From the human T2T-CHM13v2.0 reference genome, Homo sapiens: a stretch of DNA of 64,000 nt. Location: NCBI RefSeq assembly GCF_009914755.1, contig NC_060928.1; one strand, written 5' to 3'. Shown here one piece after another: positions 40,270 through 54,530 of this stretch (the first letter of the stretch is position 1; every line of letters starts with the position of its first letter). The translations under genes were made by a program, and so were the position numbers. The notes under the pieces were generated by a model, which saw nothing but the letters and a program-made list of their open reading frames with translations, was not told the origin of the DNA and did not search any database.

Positions 40270-40950
40270 CTCTTCATCCAGTCCACCACCAAGTCTTGTA
40301 CATCAAATCTACTTCCACAATACACTTCACATACACTCTCTTTCTCCCAATTTTACTGCCACCAGTAGTCTAATCATCATCATCAGCCACTTGGGACTCC
40401 TGCAATGACCCCCAAATTTGTCTCTTTTCATCCTCCAGTCTGTTTTCCAAACAGCAACCCAAAGACTTTAAAATGCAAACAGGACCATGTTTGTCTTTAG
40501 TAAAACTCTCCAGTTACTTTTCACTGCACTTAGGATGAAATACAAAATTCCTCATAAGTTTTGCAAGGCCCCGCCTACATGTCCAAGTACATCTCCCTTC
40601 ATTCTCTCTATTGCTCAGTACATTTCAGATACACTCATTTCCTTTCATTTCCATTACTAGAACAAACTCTTTTCTGCCTTGGGACCTCTGCACATACCTC
40701 TCCCCTGCTTGAAACACTCCCGGTCTCTTTGCCTGACAAACTCCTACTCATCATTAATTCTCAACCAGTGTCGTTTAGTCTCCATTCTTCCCTAACAGCT
40801 CATTTTAGGACCCCATGTTATATTCTCCAAAAATATCCTCTAATTTTCCTTTGGAGCACCTACATGTGTACTGCTTACGTGTCTAAAGTCTGCCTCAGAC
40901 AGTAGACCATAAACTACAGGAGAAGTGGCTTGGCCTACTGCTGGATCTCC
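40270..40950 (+). mobile_element. L2 LINE
   Basis: CACCAAGTCTTGT, CTCCAGTCTGTTTTCCAAACAGCA, TAAAATGCAAA, GACAAACTCCTACTCATC, TAGACCATAAACT. Confidence 0.75.
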
Positions 40951-40954
40951 AGGG

Positions 40955-41160
40955 TGTAATCAGATTGCCTGGGTTTGAATCCTTGTGCTCTCACTTGGCA
41001 GTTGACCTTGAATACTCAGCCTCAGTTTCTTCACCTGTACAATAAAGAAAAAAAAATATAACTTTTAAAAAAAGATTATTGCAAGAATCAATCACAAAAT
41101 CCTTGTAAAATACTAGAGTGCCTGGCACATAATAGGTGTTCAATCTATAATGGTTATTAG
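40955..41160 (+). mobile_element. MIR
   Basis: CAGATTGCCTGGGTTTGAATCC, GCCTCAGTTTCTTCACCTGTA, GTGCCTGGCACATAATAGGTGTTCAAT. Confidence 0.85.
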
Positions 41161-41162
41161 TA

Positions 41163-41847
41163 CAGTTGTCCCTTGGTATCTGTGGAAGATTGGTTCCAGG
41201 ACCCTGCTTGGATACCAAAATCTAAGGATGCTCAAGTCCCTGGTGTGAAATGGCATAGTATTTTCATATAACCTATATGTATCCTCCCATATACTTAAAT
41301 CATTTCTAGTTACTTATATTACCCAATGCAGTGTAAATGCTATATAAATAGTTGTTATACTGTATTTTATTTTTAAAATATTATTTTGGGCCAGGCACGG
41401 TGGCTCACACCTGTAATCCTAGCACTTTGGAAGGCCGAGGCAGGCAGATCACCTGAGGTCAGGAGTTCAAGCACACCTGGCCAACACGGCGAAACCTCAT
41501 CTCTACTAAAAAATACAAAAAATTAGCCAGGTGGTAGGCTGTATAGCCGGGTGGCAAGAGTCTGCAGTCCCGGCTATTTGGGAGGCTGAGGCACAAGAAT
41601 TGCTTGAACCCGGGAAGTGGAGGTTGGCAGTGAGCTGAGATCGCCCCACTGTACTCCAGTCTGGCTGACGGAGCAAGATTCCATCTCAATTTAAAGAAAA
41701 CATATGTATATTTATATATATATATGTACATTATTTTGAATTGTTATATCGTTATTTTTTATTGTCGTTGGGTTTTTCCCAAATATTTTTGATCTTTGTT
41801 TGGTTGAATCCATGGATGCAGAAACTGTAAATATGGAAGGCCAACTG
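41163..41847. mobile_element. MER2 (TcMar-Tigger) split by an Alu
   Basis: TA|CAGTTGTCCCTTGGTATCTGTGG ... ATATGGAAGGCCAACTG|TA termini; internal GGATGCTCAAGTCCCT. Confidence 0.88.
41389..41729 (+). mobile_element. Alu (AluSx-like) with TA-rich tail
   Basis: GGCCAGGCACGGTGGCTCAC ... GATCACCTGAGGTCAGGAG; TSD ATTATTTTG; small internal duplication TAGCC(A/G)GGTGG. Confidence 0.95.
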
Positions 41848-42599
41848 TATATTATTATTGTTTTAAGATGCTTACATATTGTAGGCAAAAGTCAGTAGGA
41901 AATAATAGCTATTTCTTGAATAATTCTAAGAAGTTATTGTTATTCAAATTAGAACAGTGCTACAAAAATTGTTTTCACTGGTAGCTTCCCTGTGGTTTTC
42001 CCTCAGTACTTTTTAAAACTGTCAGATATTTCAGGCTAGCCATCCTAATACATAACTTAGTCTCCATTTCAGAGGTTGTCTTAAAATATTTGAGTTTTTA
42101 AACAATTTGTAAGAGATATGTAAGTACTTACTTTCAGATGCATTGAAAAATAAGTCACCATTACTTTCTGTTTTTTCCATTGAGATTGCTGAGCTGAGCA
42201 TATTTCATACACAGAGCACTCTGTTTGGGCCTCTTGACAAAGAAATTTTATTTTTATAAACTTCACCTTCTGGAGATAATGATAACCTTTCCTTTTTTAC
42301 TCTCTATATTCACTGTCTTCTTAATGGTATTTCCATGGAGGAGCTTTTTATACCTTCATCAGGGTACAGTAAAAATGCTGCCCTGTGTAAAAGGATTATG
42401 ATGGTGTACAGATTTTCACTGTCAGACACCTTCCTTTGGGTAAATATTTATGTGAAATGAGGCACCGAATTTAAAATAGTCCTAAAGAAGCTGCATACTC
42501 TCCTTGACAACAACAACAAAGAAGTTTGTGTGTGCACAGTTGGTTTAGCAGTGTCTGGCATAGAGAAATGAAGACAAAAATACACTTTGGTCCTGTAAT

Positions 42600-43010
42600 A
42601 TTTATAGCATTGCCAGTTTAACCGTCGTGTCCTATTTAGGAATATTTTTTGAGTGAGCTTTATTTTAATATCCAAGAACACAGTCTTAAGTTGCTGAGCG
42701 ACGCTCAAGCTAACTGGAGAGGACAGAGAAGTACTTGCGTGCTGTTCTGTGAAGGATGAAGAGGGAACTTGGCGTTGGTGGCATCTTCCTAAATTCTTGC
42801 TTACCCCAACAAAGAAGACATTGCTAACAATGAGGTAGCCACTTGCAAATGCTGTGTTAAGCTTTGTAGGCTTTTGTAAGAAACATTGTCTTCATGAGTT
42901 TATACGTGAGAAAGGCAAGAGATTCCGTTTTGTAATTCTGAGTAATGCCTATCCACGTATGGCAGCAACTTGTGTGTGTGGCGCTCCTATTATGAGAGAG
43001 TGAGCCAGTC
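42600..43010. promoter_or_regulatory. Candidate cis-regulatory element (CArG box plus local CpG enrichment)
   Basis: Consensus CArG CCTATTTAGG at 42631-42640; 10 CpG in 42622-42984, in unique sequence. Confidence 0.3.
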
Positions 43011-43323
43011 CACATAGTGCTCATATTCCAGGTGACTGCAAGTGAAGCTAAAATGCATCATGACTTTTAAATTTTGAATCTTTCTGAAATGCACATAATC
43101 TTCACTTTAAAAACTAAAAATAATTGCCATCATATTATAGATCTATTAAAAATTTACATATGCTGCCTGACTTCCCTAATAGAGTTACCTGTCATGGTTT
43201 AAGCTCCTTAGAGACTCAGTGTTCTCACGTAATATCACTTTTTGAACTGTGTTTTGTTAAACTGTGTGAATGTGCTGGCTTGGCACTAAAGGGCATTAGA
43301 GTGCCACACACAAAGCATTTTAG

Positions 43324-43653
<330 letters not shown>

Positions 43654-43859
43654 GCCTTTTCTCTCTTTTAAGCTCTCAGCGTTTCTGTCAGTGTGTGTGA
43701 GCATGTGCTCTTCTAGTTCTGTCTTCTCTCCCCTCTAATTTTCTATTTCTAAACATCTGTGGGTTAGAAAACATTAGAATTACTTCTGAAATAAGAGTAA
43801 ACTGTTTTCAGCTAATTACCCAAAGGACTGCCTTACAACTTGTGAAAGCATGCAAGCTT

Positions 43860-44185
43860 TCATTTTTTTTTTCATTCATTTGACAAATATGTATTGAATA
43901 CCCACTATGTGCTCGTTATTGGACTGAGGACAAGATGGTGAGAAAACTGGTCCCTGCCACTGAGGGAGACATTAGTATGATGAGGTCGGTGCTGTAAGGG
44001 GTGCGGTCGGACCCCCACCCCTACCTGGGAGTAGTCAGGGAAAGCACCCAAAAGAAGCAATGCTTGGGGCTGAGTCTTCAACAAAGACGCTGGACAGGAT
44101 GGTTTTTCAGATGATGAAGGGGACACTGACAGAGTGAGGCTGGGAGGAAGTGGAGGAGTGAGAGCATTCCAGACAATGCTTTTCC
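43860..44185 (-). mobile_element. L2 3' end
   Basis: TTCATTCATTTGACAAATATGTATTGAATACCCACTATGTGC, GTCAGGGAAAGC, GAGCATTCCAGACA. Confidence 0.75.
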
Positions 44186-44199
44186 TCCCACCTCCCACC

Positions 44200-45790
44200 T
44201 CTCTCCTGTCACCCCCATCTCGCTCTGCTTTGAGGACTCCTCTTGTTCCTGTTGATTCATGTTGGTGCTCCTCGGGTTCTGCCCTGGACTCTTCATTCAG
44301 CTCCCTCTTTCAGGGTCATCTCATAGCTGCCGTTACTGTTCCTTGTAAGTGAGTTGAAAATCACTGGGACGTAATTTGTAAATGTTCCACCTGTAGAGCA
44401 TCTCTCTTCCCTGCTCCAGAGCAGCACATCCAACTGAGTATTGGATATGTCGACTTTCATGTCTAACAGACACCTCAAATTCAACCTTCCCTCCAGATTG
44501 GATTCTCTTCCTGGGTTCTTTGTCTCAGTGAAAGACACTACCAGACAAATCTAGTCAGGTTTTTGAGCCAGAAACCTTGACTTCTTCCTTTCTCCTCCTC
44601 CCTTTCAATTCATCAGCTCTACTTAGTTCCTCATCTTGAACATCTTTCCAGTTTGTCACGTTCTGTTCATTCCCAGTCACCAACTGCATTCAGGACACTG
44701 TCAATGTTTTCCTACATTGCTTCACTAGTCCACTAACTGGCATCTGTCCAGCTCTTTCCTCACAATGCAACCAGAAGGATCTTCCTAATAAGAGAGATCA
44801 AACCTGACCACCTGAATCAAATATTTAATGGCTTCCAATTGCCTTCAAGATAAACACCCTAAATGAATCTGCCCTCCCAGTCTCCTACTGCAACTTGCCT
44901 ATACCAGGCCATTTATACATTTTTTATCCTTGGATGACATTTATTTCTCATGTATTCACCTTACTGACTCTAATCCTTCCTCAGGGAAGCTTTTCTGGCC
45001 CCTCTGACTGGGATAGGGTCCCCTTTCTGTCTGCTTCTTGTCTCAATGATTTTAATTTGTAGAGGTGACTGAATGATAACATGGAGAGGCAGAGGCTCAT
45101 GCCACTAAGCTTTTTATGACTTACATTTCCCGAAAGGAGGAGGCAGCCCCACTATGCAGACCACACGGGGAAACACCAGTGCCATTCAGAAAGCAGAAAA
45201 GAACGAGGGGAAGGCAGAGGCCACCGCCTTTACTGTGTTTTCCGTAGGAAAGGCAAGGCGAGTCAGGGGAAACAGTTTAGGGTTAGCCAGTTTTAATAAT
45301 TCTGGCAGGCTTTGGGACATAGGAGCTATCCCTGGTTGGCTGGGTTTCTAGTCCTGTGTTGATTTAGGGCAGGAAATATTGGCTTAGTGTGTGAGAGATA
45401 AAGGAAGTGGTTAGGGAGATGGACTCACTAATGCTTGGTTTACATATGAAAGGAATACTGGACGGCAAGTTATTTATCATATTAGGAATTAACTAGCTCT
45501 GGGAAGGACAGTCTCTCCCCAGCCCTCAAGCCTTTCTATTCCATCAAAATATCAAAACATCATAAAATACAGAATATAAAAAACATGATTAATAAATGCA
45601 CTACTCTACCACCTATTGTGGGAAGGTACGTATCTCACTATATTGTAACACATGTCCCAAACTTGCTATGTTGTTTCTTGAGAGCAGACATCTGTCTATC
45701 TTGTTCACCACTGTAACCCCTGTGCCCGGCATGGGGTCTCTGGCACTTGGTATATGCTCAGTAAATATTGACTGAATGAAAGAATGAATG
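44200..45790 (+). mobile_element. L2 LINE interrupted by an LTR
   Basis: ATGTCTAACAGACACCTCAAATTCAAC, GCCAGAAACCTTGAC and the 3' end GCTCAGTAAATATTGACTGAATGAAAGAATGAATG. Confidence 0.75.
45058..45595 (-). mobile_element. ERVL solo LTR (MER77/MER68 group)
   Basis: CCACACGGGGAAACACCAG, GCCTTTACTGTG, TTTAATAATTCTGGCAGGCT, AATACAGAATATAAAAAACATGATTAAT; clearly related to 53632-54170. Confidence 0.75.
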
Positions 45791-46014
45791 GACAGCTTTC
45801 TATCTTGTATACATAGTTCGTGTTTCACCTGGAAAGCACAACATTTTTTTCTAAATTTAGATTTTGCTCTATCAATTAATTAAAACATATTTTCATTTAC
45901 TTTAAATGTGAGGGTTTTTTTCTTTCCTTTCAAAGTTTAATCTGGCTCAGCAGTATAATGTATTACTTAAAACCCTATAAAGAGAATGACTCATCTCTAC
46001 ATCCCTGTGTCAGC

Positions 46015-46547
<533 letters not shown>

Positions 46548-47629
46548 CTAAAAAGACCTCACACAACCAACCATGTCCCCAGACTTCTCCATGAAGCAAT
46601 TACAAGGTAACTTGCTGATATCTTAGAAGTAAAGACAGCAGCCCTAAGGGGAAAAGTAATTTTCAGAGGAGAAAACATTGCAAGCTACAAGAGAGGGGCT
46701 CGGTATCAGAGCAAATAATTAGGTAGATTGAGACATGGAATGACAATGCTGAAGTCAGGGTTTAGCATGAGAACCAAAATCATAGGCTTTTTAGCTGACA
46801 GTTAAAAGGTATGACTAAATTAACATAAGTGATGTGGGGGAAGGGAACAATTATATAGAATTTATAACTTCAAAGTTGCTCTCTTTAAAATTTGAGTTGT
46901 TTTCTCATGCTAACATGCTGCCGTTGATCAAAGAGATGCTGTCATATCTTTTTGGAACTGTCTTCATGTGTCATGCTCTTTTGAATATCATCAGTGGTAG
47001 TAAACATTGCCCTCTGAGGCAGGAATTTGGTTTTAGGAAAAAATTAAGTTACTTGAACCCTATATAAGATGAATAAGGAAAGTCATCCATACTCCCAATG
47101 CCATTTTCATAAAAATTGAGGACAGGCTATAAATTAAGTAAATCTGACTCTAAAGGCAATTTTAAAATGAGTGTTAGAAATGTCTTATGCCAAATCAACA
47201 TCACTGTGCTAAGTGTGTACCTCTCAAGGTGACTGTTTCAGGAGAAACACTCATATTGAGGTGTGTGTGTTAGCAAAACGTTACTTGACAGTTATGTTGC
47301 TTTCAGTGCTACATACCTACGTGGAAGTAACGCCACATTTGTGTACAACCAAATTTCTGTTAAGATGTTTATTAAAGATATTACTGTGCTTTTTACATGT
47401 TAAAGTTTAATTTCTAAGCTGTGATACTACTCTTCAAAATCTGGGAATTCCTAGATTAGGCAAGAATTTTATCCTCAAGTTCTTTTCTTTGATGTCAGCT
47501 TTACTTTGGCCACATAGGCTTAATCTAGGATGGCTTTTTAGTGTCAAATCAAGTGCACATTAAGTGTACTTGAGATAGATTAGTGTTATAAAAGGATAAT
47601 TAATAAAATAATGCTACCAGTCTACTCGC

Positions 47630-47735
47630 AGTAGACTACCAATTCATTGCAGTTTGCCTGGGACTGTCCTGGTGCTAAAATTGAAACTCATACTTCTTGG
47701 GAAACTCTTTAGTCCTGGGGAAATCAAGTTACCCC
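47630..47735. mobile_element. MER81/MER94-like hAT-Blackjack MITE
   Basis: CAGTTTGCCTGGGACTGTCCTGGT ... GGGAAACTCTTTAGTCCTGGGGAAA. Confidence 0.6.
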
Positions 47736-48264
47736 AACCCCAGTTTCTTAGCTAACTCCTTAATTATTTTTGGAATATCTACAGTAAAAATAAAGCAATG
47801 GCTCCACCAAAATAAATAAAATAAATGGACATATCCATATTGGGAGTAGCAGAACAACTTGAGTCAAATAGCAACAAATATCAGCCAAAACTAAGCTAAG
47901 CCACTCACTGACTGTTAACGCTGATTCAAACTAGAGTTAGATGCTCTATGTTACGGCGATGGTTCAGGCCGTGTTTTACCAACTAGTAATAATAACAAAA
48001 AAAACACCCAATAATAATATAACTTTTAAAACTTTAATCCATCATGCTTAGAATGTTTGTTTCAGTTCTCTTAGGAGAAATATTTTGATAATTAATGTCT
48101 TTGCACAAGGAAATAATTGCCTTATGTAGTTTTTCAATGGCTTTGTATGATGTATCTAACAATTTTATAGAATGCCTGAAAAATACCCAGTGGTGGAGTT
48201 TAGCTGAAAGTTAACATTTAAAATATACCATCAATCAGGAGCTAGTGTTATACAGATAAGAGAG

Positions 48265-48505
48265 AGAATGGTGTGGTGGTTAAGCACTGCAGTCAGGATC
48301 TTTGTTGACATCCTACCTTACCACTGACTTGTGCATGACCTTGGACTAGTTGGCCTCTCTGAACCTCAGCTCCTTAATAAAACTTGAAACATGCATAATT
48401 ATGGTATTTATCTTCTGGCATTTCTGTTTATTAAATGGTAATGAAGTACAGTACTTAATGCTGTGCCAAGCATAAACACTCAATAAATGTGAGCCATTAT
48501 TATTC
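48265..48505 (+). mobile_element. MIR, near full length
   Basis: GTGTGGTGGTTAAGCA, TGACCTTGGAC, CTCTCTGAACCTCAG, CACTCAATAAATGTGAGCCATTATTATT. Confidence 0.8.
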
Positions 48506-49104
48506 GCACCTACCAAAAGTTCCTAGAATAGTATTTTCTGACAATGTTTCAGAGTCATGTTGTCTTTTTAACTTATTTCCTATCCACTGGTACTTTTTGC
48601 AGAGGATCATGTTTTAAAAAATGTACAAAGAACACAAAGAATTTTGATACAAGATGTGTAATTATATCAGCTTAATTGCCAAAGATCAATACAGTATTAC
48701 TTTAAGAAAATATTGGCAGGAAAGAAATTATCCATGACATAACCCTTTGCAAATGCCCCCAAATGGGAATGAGTTAAAGAAAAAAACACACTAACTATAT
48801 CTTAGGCAGGTGACACTGAAACATATCTTACCTGGGAGAAGAAAGTGAGATGTATTTGTTTTATCTATTAAGATAAAAATGCTAGAAATCAAGACATGAC
48901 ATCCCAGGATAATTGGTTTGCAGATTTCAAAAAGCAAGATGATTTGTCCAGAATTGCCCTATATATTTATTTTCCAAAGTTTCATAACACAACATACCTA
49001 CCTCAAAACTAGGGTACTATATACATGTAGTCAAAATAGCCAACAATTTGTTCCTCAAAAGTTTTTCTTATAGCTGTCTTGATGGCAGCTACTTGACTAA
49101 ATAA

Positions 49105-49410
<306 letters not shown>

Positions 49411-51834
49411 AATAACACTTTCTTTAACACTATTAGGAAAATACCTGGAAAAAGCAAGATGACATAAGTGTAGGGCATTGTGGATCAAGGAATGTCAGCA
49501 TCACATCATCATCTAACCAGAGGCAGATTGAAAGAAAAAAAAAGGGAGGACGATTTATATCTAAGAAGTTCCCCACATGAAATACTGTAAGTGGGTCCAG
49601 ATGCCATAACCTTAAAAATGTGTATCCTACCGTAATGTATATGGTTTTATTTTCTGTATGAGACATGACTTTAAAGGTTTAGGAAGAAAAGTAAGGAAGG
49701 CATCCGTTAAAAGCAACACTCTTGACAAAATGAGGGCTCAAGATGGGCTGTTTTGTGACCTCCCATACTATTTTGAAAACAGCTGGCTGGTGATTAGGAA
49801 AGGTCAGTGAGAGTCTTACTCTTTCTGTAACCCAGTTTTAGAAATCTGCCACCCAAAAAGAATGGAACAACTCTTGAAGGATTCCACAGTCCGGCGATCA
49901 GACCATGGTCAGCCTCCGCTTTCCTATGAAAGCCCTACACATCGTTCGCTCGTTCTCTGCTGTATTCTAAATATAACATGAAAGCAGTAACTGATGATCC
50001 CTTTTATGTTCTTTATTTTTTAGAATTGGTACATTTATGTCTTGATTAATATTGTTAGAGATTGTAAAGTCCTAGAAAGTTACAATAAAGTACTTTAGTC
50101 TCCTTATAATTTCACTCTAACATTTCAAATCCAAGATAAAATAATTTAGCATGCCCTCTTTCCTAAACACCTTATACAAAGTGCTTGAGAGAATGCTATG
50201 CGTGTTTTAAGAGTGAAATTAATAAAGGTTTTTTCCCTGTAGAAATTAGTGTCATTAAAAGAAATATATTTAGGCTTGGACTTTTGGGTCAAGCCCTTTG
50301 AATCGACAAGTTGTTTCACTGAACTTATTAGTTGTGTTGCTTTCAGGAAGTCACAGTTGCTTTCCTGTGACTTTGTGAAGTCACAGCTAAAATTCTTGAA
50401 CCAAATCCTCTTCCTAATCTGCTCTATCAAAATGAATATTTCATTGGTGTTTTATGTTTTACAAGGGATTACATTGTTGCTTGGCTTTAAGTCAGTTGAA
50501 TTCATCTTAAAGCATATGGAATTCTGTGAAGTTCAGAATTTCTCATGATACACTTCTCTGTCATCTCTGTACTATCTCTTTTACAGCCTGATAGGGAAAT
50601 GGTTTACATCAGGCACAATGCATATTCGAACAATAGGTTGTGAGCAGAGTAATACTACCTTTTATGGGCAATGAGACACGTAATGTGGCACAGCCTTTCC
50701 CTTAAGCTATATAGCAAATGGGACACAGCACTTTGTTTCTATGCCTGGATTCCCATACAATATTATTTTCTAAGTATGTTCATGTCAACAGCCTGAGCCT
50801 TATTTCAAGCAGTATTTCCTCTTGAAGTGCAGAGGAGGAGAATGACCTTCAGTTCCAGTCCTCTTAAGTTTGATTAAAGCCACCTGCAATAAGTTTATTT
50901 CCTTGAACTCTGCTGTTTAACCTCTGTCATCTTCAGCCCTCTTCCTCTCCCTGTCGGGGCAGAATTGGTATAATATTAATAAAACCTAGCCCAGGAGAAG
51001 TAATCATCACACTTCTGCTTTAGAATTGATTCTCTTGTTAAAAGGCTGTTTCGAACCATATGTAAAATTAAATCAACAATGAGAACAACTTAAGAAAATG
51101 TGGCAGTTTAATTCTGGCATATGCTTTCATAGCACTGTGTGTGTGTGTTTGTGTCTATATAATATGTGTATGTACATATAAGTAATATATGCCTACATAT
51201 TAACTTTTAGGACAATGTAGCTCAAAATTGACATGACTTAAATAATAATGAGTAGACTGGATACCATTAGTATTGTCCAAATGACTCTCATTGCTTAATG
51301 CCACTTTAGTTTTGGGGATCTGATTAATGTTTGATATTTCCAGGAAAGCAGAAATCATATTAAATGTCCATAATGGTCCAAAAGGAAACTTTTTTGGTTA
51401 GTTAATTTGGTTAGTTAGTAAGTAAAAGAATAAAAAAAACACTTTTTTCCCTCTCTAGAATTTTTGTAACTAGAGGTTCAAAATGTTTGGTGTTGCGCTC
51501 TGTCTGATTTCATATTTCCAATAGTGGTTTTCAAAAGATGAAAAATTTTAATTAGTTGATTGCACTAATAAGATCCGATTTGTTAACATTTTGGTTCATA
51601 GGAACAGAATGAAGAACCAATTAACCAAGTACAGGGTAAAACTCAGCAGTAGGACTAAAATGTCCATTTTCTTAAGGAAGAAAAGAAGCAGACACTCAAC
51701 AACCATTTTCTGAGTCTACATGGGGAATCCATATAAATACACAAGTTTTTATTGTAGTGTGAAAGAATCAATGCCTATCAATTTACGTTACTTAATGAAG
51801 GTAAATTCCAAACCCAGCATTTCATTTTATTTGG

Positions 51835-52240
51835 TGTCTTTCTTTTATGTTGCTATAAAGGAATACCTGAGGCTGGATAATTTATAAAGAAAAGAGTTTT
51901 TATTTGGCTCACAGTTCTGCAGGCTGTACAGGAAGTGTGGCACCAGCATCTGCTTCTGGTGAGGACCTCAGGAAGCTTTCAAACACGGTGGAAGGGGAAG
52001 GGGAGCAGGCATCAATTGCGAAGGAAAAAGAGAGAGGAAAGAGGTGTCACACTCTTTTAAACAACCAGCTCTTATGTGAACTAATAGAGCAAGAACTGAC
52101 TCATGACTGTGGGGAAGGCACCAAGACATTCATGAGTGATTCGTTCCCATGATCCAGACACCTCCCACTAGGCCCCACCTCCAGTTGGGGATTAAATTTC
52201 AATATGAGATTTGGAGGGGACAAATACCCCAATTATATAC
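51835..52240 (-). mobile_element. MaLR solo LTR (MSTB-like)
   Basis: GTTGCTATAAAGGAATACCTGAGGCTGG, GGCTCACAGTTCTGCAGGCTGTACAGGAAG, CACCTCCCACTAGGCCCCACCTCC, TGAGATTTGGAGGGGACA. Confidence 0.9.
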
Positions 52241-52369
52241 TTAGTTAACTTGCATGGGCTTAAAGCATTCACTGCAGTTAGAGTTGCTCCTCTGTGCTCA
52301 GTGGTGAAGGATCTTCCTTAATCTACCCACTGGAGGGTTTTAGAATAAGAAAGCCTGGGTTTCCTTGCA

Positions 52370-52706
52370 GACAAATAAAAATCTCTGAGTAGGGCCTTGG
52401 AATTTAAAAGCTTTCCAGGTAGTTCTAATGTGTAGCCAAGAACCTTTGGCAAGCCTAAGGATGCTTTGTCAATGGGAGTGATATGTCCCCCCAGGAGCAT
52501 GAAAGTTGATGTGGTGGTGGTGAAAAAATTGTAGGAATGACAATGGTTCGTGGACCTCTAGAGAGCCACAATAGATAAACAGTTATACGGCAGATCCGAA
52601 GCATTTGCATTTCATGGTGGGGTGGTGGCAGGAGATTATTAGAAAAACAAAAGTCTAAAAAGACTCCCTAGGAAGTAATAATGAAAAAAAGTTGAAAAAC
52701 ACTACC
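52370..52706. mobile_element. hAT-Charlie MITE fragments (MER5-like then MER112-like)
   Basis: TCCAGGTAGTTCTAATGTGTAGCCAAG (MER5-type end); GTCTAAAAAGACTCCCTAGG ... ATAATGAAAAAAAGTTGAAAAACACT. Confidence 0.5.
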
Positions 52707-52826
52707 CTAACCCTATGAAATTGCTGCTATGGCTTTTGGTAGTCCAACTTCCTTCCAAAATGCAAATCTAGTTGAATGCTCTTGCAGGTATTGGTAGAGA
52801 AAAATAGCATCTTTAAATTATGTTAC

Positions 52827-53160
<334 letters not shown>

Positions 53161-53631
53161 TCAATCACTGAACTAGGGGCTTCTACACATGCTATCAAGT
53201 CGATCGTCATTACCCTGCACTTTTTTTTCAGAATACAAATCACAAATATAATTAGTTTTACTTGATTTTTGTTTCAACTCTATTTTCAAAATGATTTATA
53301 ATGAAAGTTACTGTCTTTATGAAGCTTACAAAAAATTCCATTTGAAGCTATGAGGCCACTAGGTAGCTTTAGCTTTAAATTGCTTTCACGTTAAATAATT
53401 GTCAGATGCATTTAACCAAGTTTGAAAAAGATGACATTCTGTTAAAAGAAATCACAATAGAAAACTGCCACATTCCATTCTCAATAATACTATTTTTCTA
53501 AAGAATTTTAGAAAATCATCATTTCATTAATTTGTAATAAGTTTTAGTGTATAACACCCACAAAAGGCAAGTATATTTAAATACCAATGGTTGCATATAA
53601 TCTTTTGCAAGGATATAGGTTTGTTTTAAAA

Positions 53632-54170
53632 TGTATCTGGGATTTTATTTTGTTCAGTTATAGCGAGGCCAACAGATCAGGAGATAATTACCATTGAAAA
53701 GATAGTTTGCTACTCACAGTTCCCAAGGGTAGGGCCACACAGGACAGCCCAGGGAAACACCAGGGTCAGTCAGAAGCAGAAGCAGAGAGCAGAAGGCATG
53801 GGCAAGAGCCTGTATTGTGGTTTCTACAGGAAGGAATGCGCCAAGCAAGGGGAGTAGCTGAATAGGCTTAGGATTTGATAATTTAAATAATTTTGGCAGG
53901 TTCTGGGTTATAAGAATGGTCCCCAACTGTCTGGTACCTGGTGCTAGGGTGACTAGGACAGAGGAATATTGCTTCTTGGAGTGTCAGAGCCAGGTAGAGG
54001 AGGCAGTGGGAATGTGGACTCAGGGTTGGTTGGCTTACTTATGAAAATGTGCTCACAGGCAAGTGGACTATCTCTAGGAATCACCTAAGCCTTGGAAGGC
54101 CAGTCTCTCCTTGGTTAGTGAGGTCCCACATGCCAGAGCATAAGAATACAGAAAATAATATTGTTAAAAC
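53632..54170 (-). mobile_element. ERVL solo LTR (MER68/MER77 group)
   Basis: GAGGCCAACAGATCAGGAGA, CCATTGAAAAGATAGTTTG, GGGCAAGAGCCTGTATTGTGGTTTC, TGTCTGGTACCTGG, AGAATACAGAAAATAA. Confidence 0.8.
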
Positions 54171-54530
54171 AGGGTTTTATAGTTAATACAAGGTTGAGTC
54201 TCAGAAATTCAGATCCATAAACTCGATTGGTTGTGAAAAAGGAGAAAGCTATCCAAATGTCATGAAGAAATATAACTGGGTGCAATGAAATCTGGTCCAT
54301 TTCTACACAACCAGTGTAAAGATATTGAAGTCTTCATGCCATTGTATACATAAGTCAAGAGAAATTACCTATCCTAAATGGTGAAACTTGTTGGGAGGAG
54401 GCAGATGGAGGCAGGATTTTATTGACATTGTGGTCTTGCTATTTATATCTCCTGTCTTATTTCTCTGTGTGCTTGGTCTATACAGACAGTGTGTAACTGA
54501 TGGGAGTTTAGATACTTTCTATTACCACAG

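Noticed and set aside
49895-49920. REST/RE1 site (TCAGACCATGGTCAG)
   Set aside because: The left half lacks a base relative to TCAGCACC and the right half is GGTCAG rather than GGACAG; not called as RE1.
50555-50645. Strong + strand acceptors (TCTCTTTTACAG about 50586; also about 56398, 57715 and 62817)
   Set aside because: No strong paired donor or recognisable peptide; such pseudo-acceptors are common in AT-rich introns.
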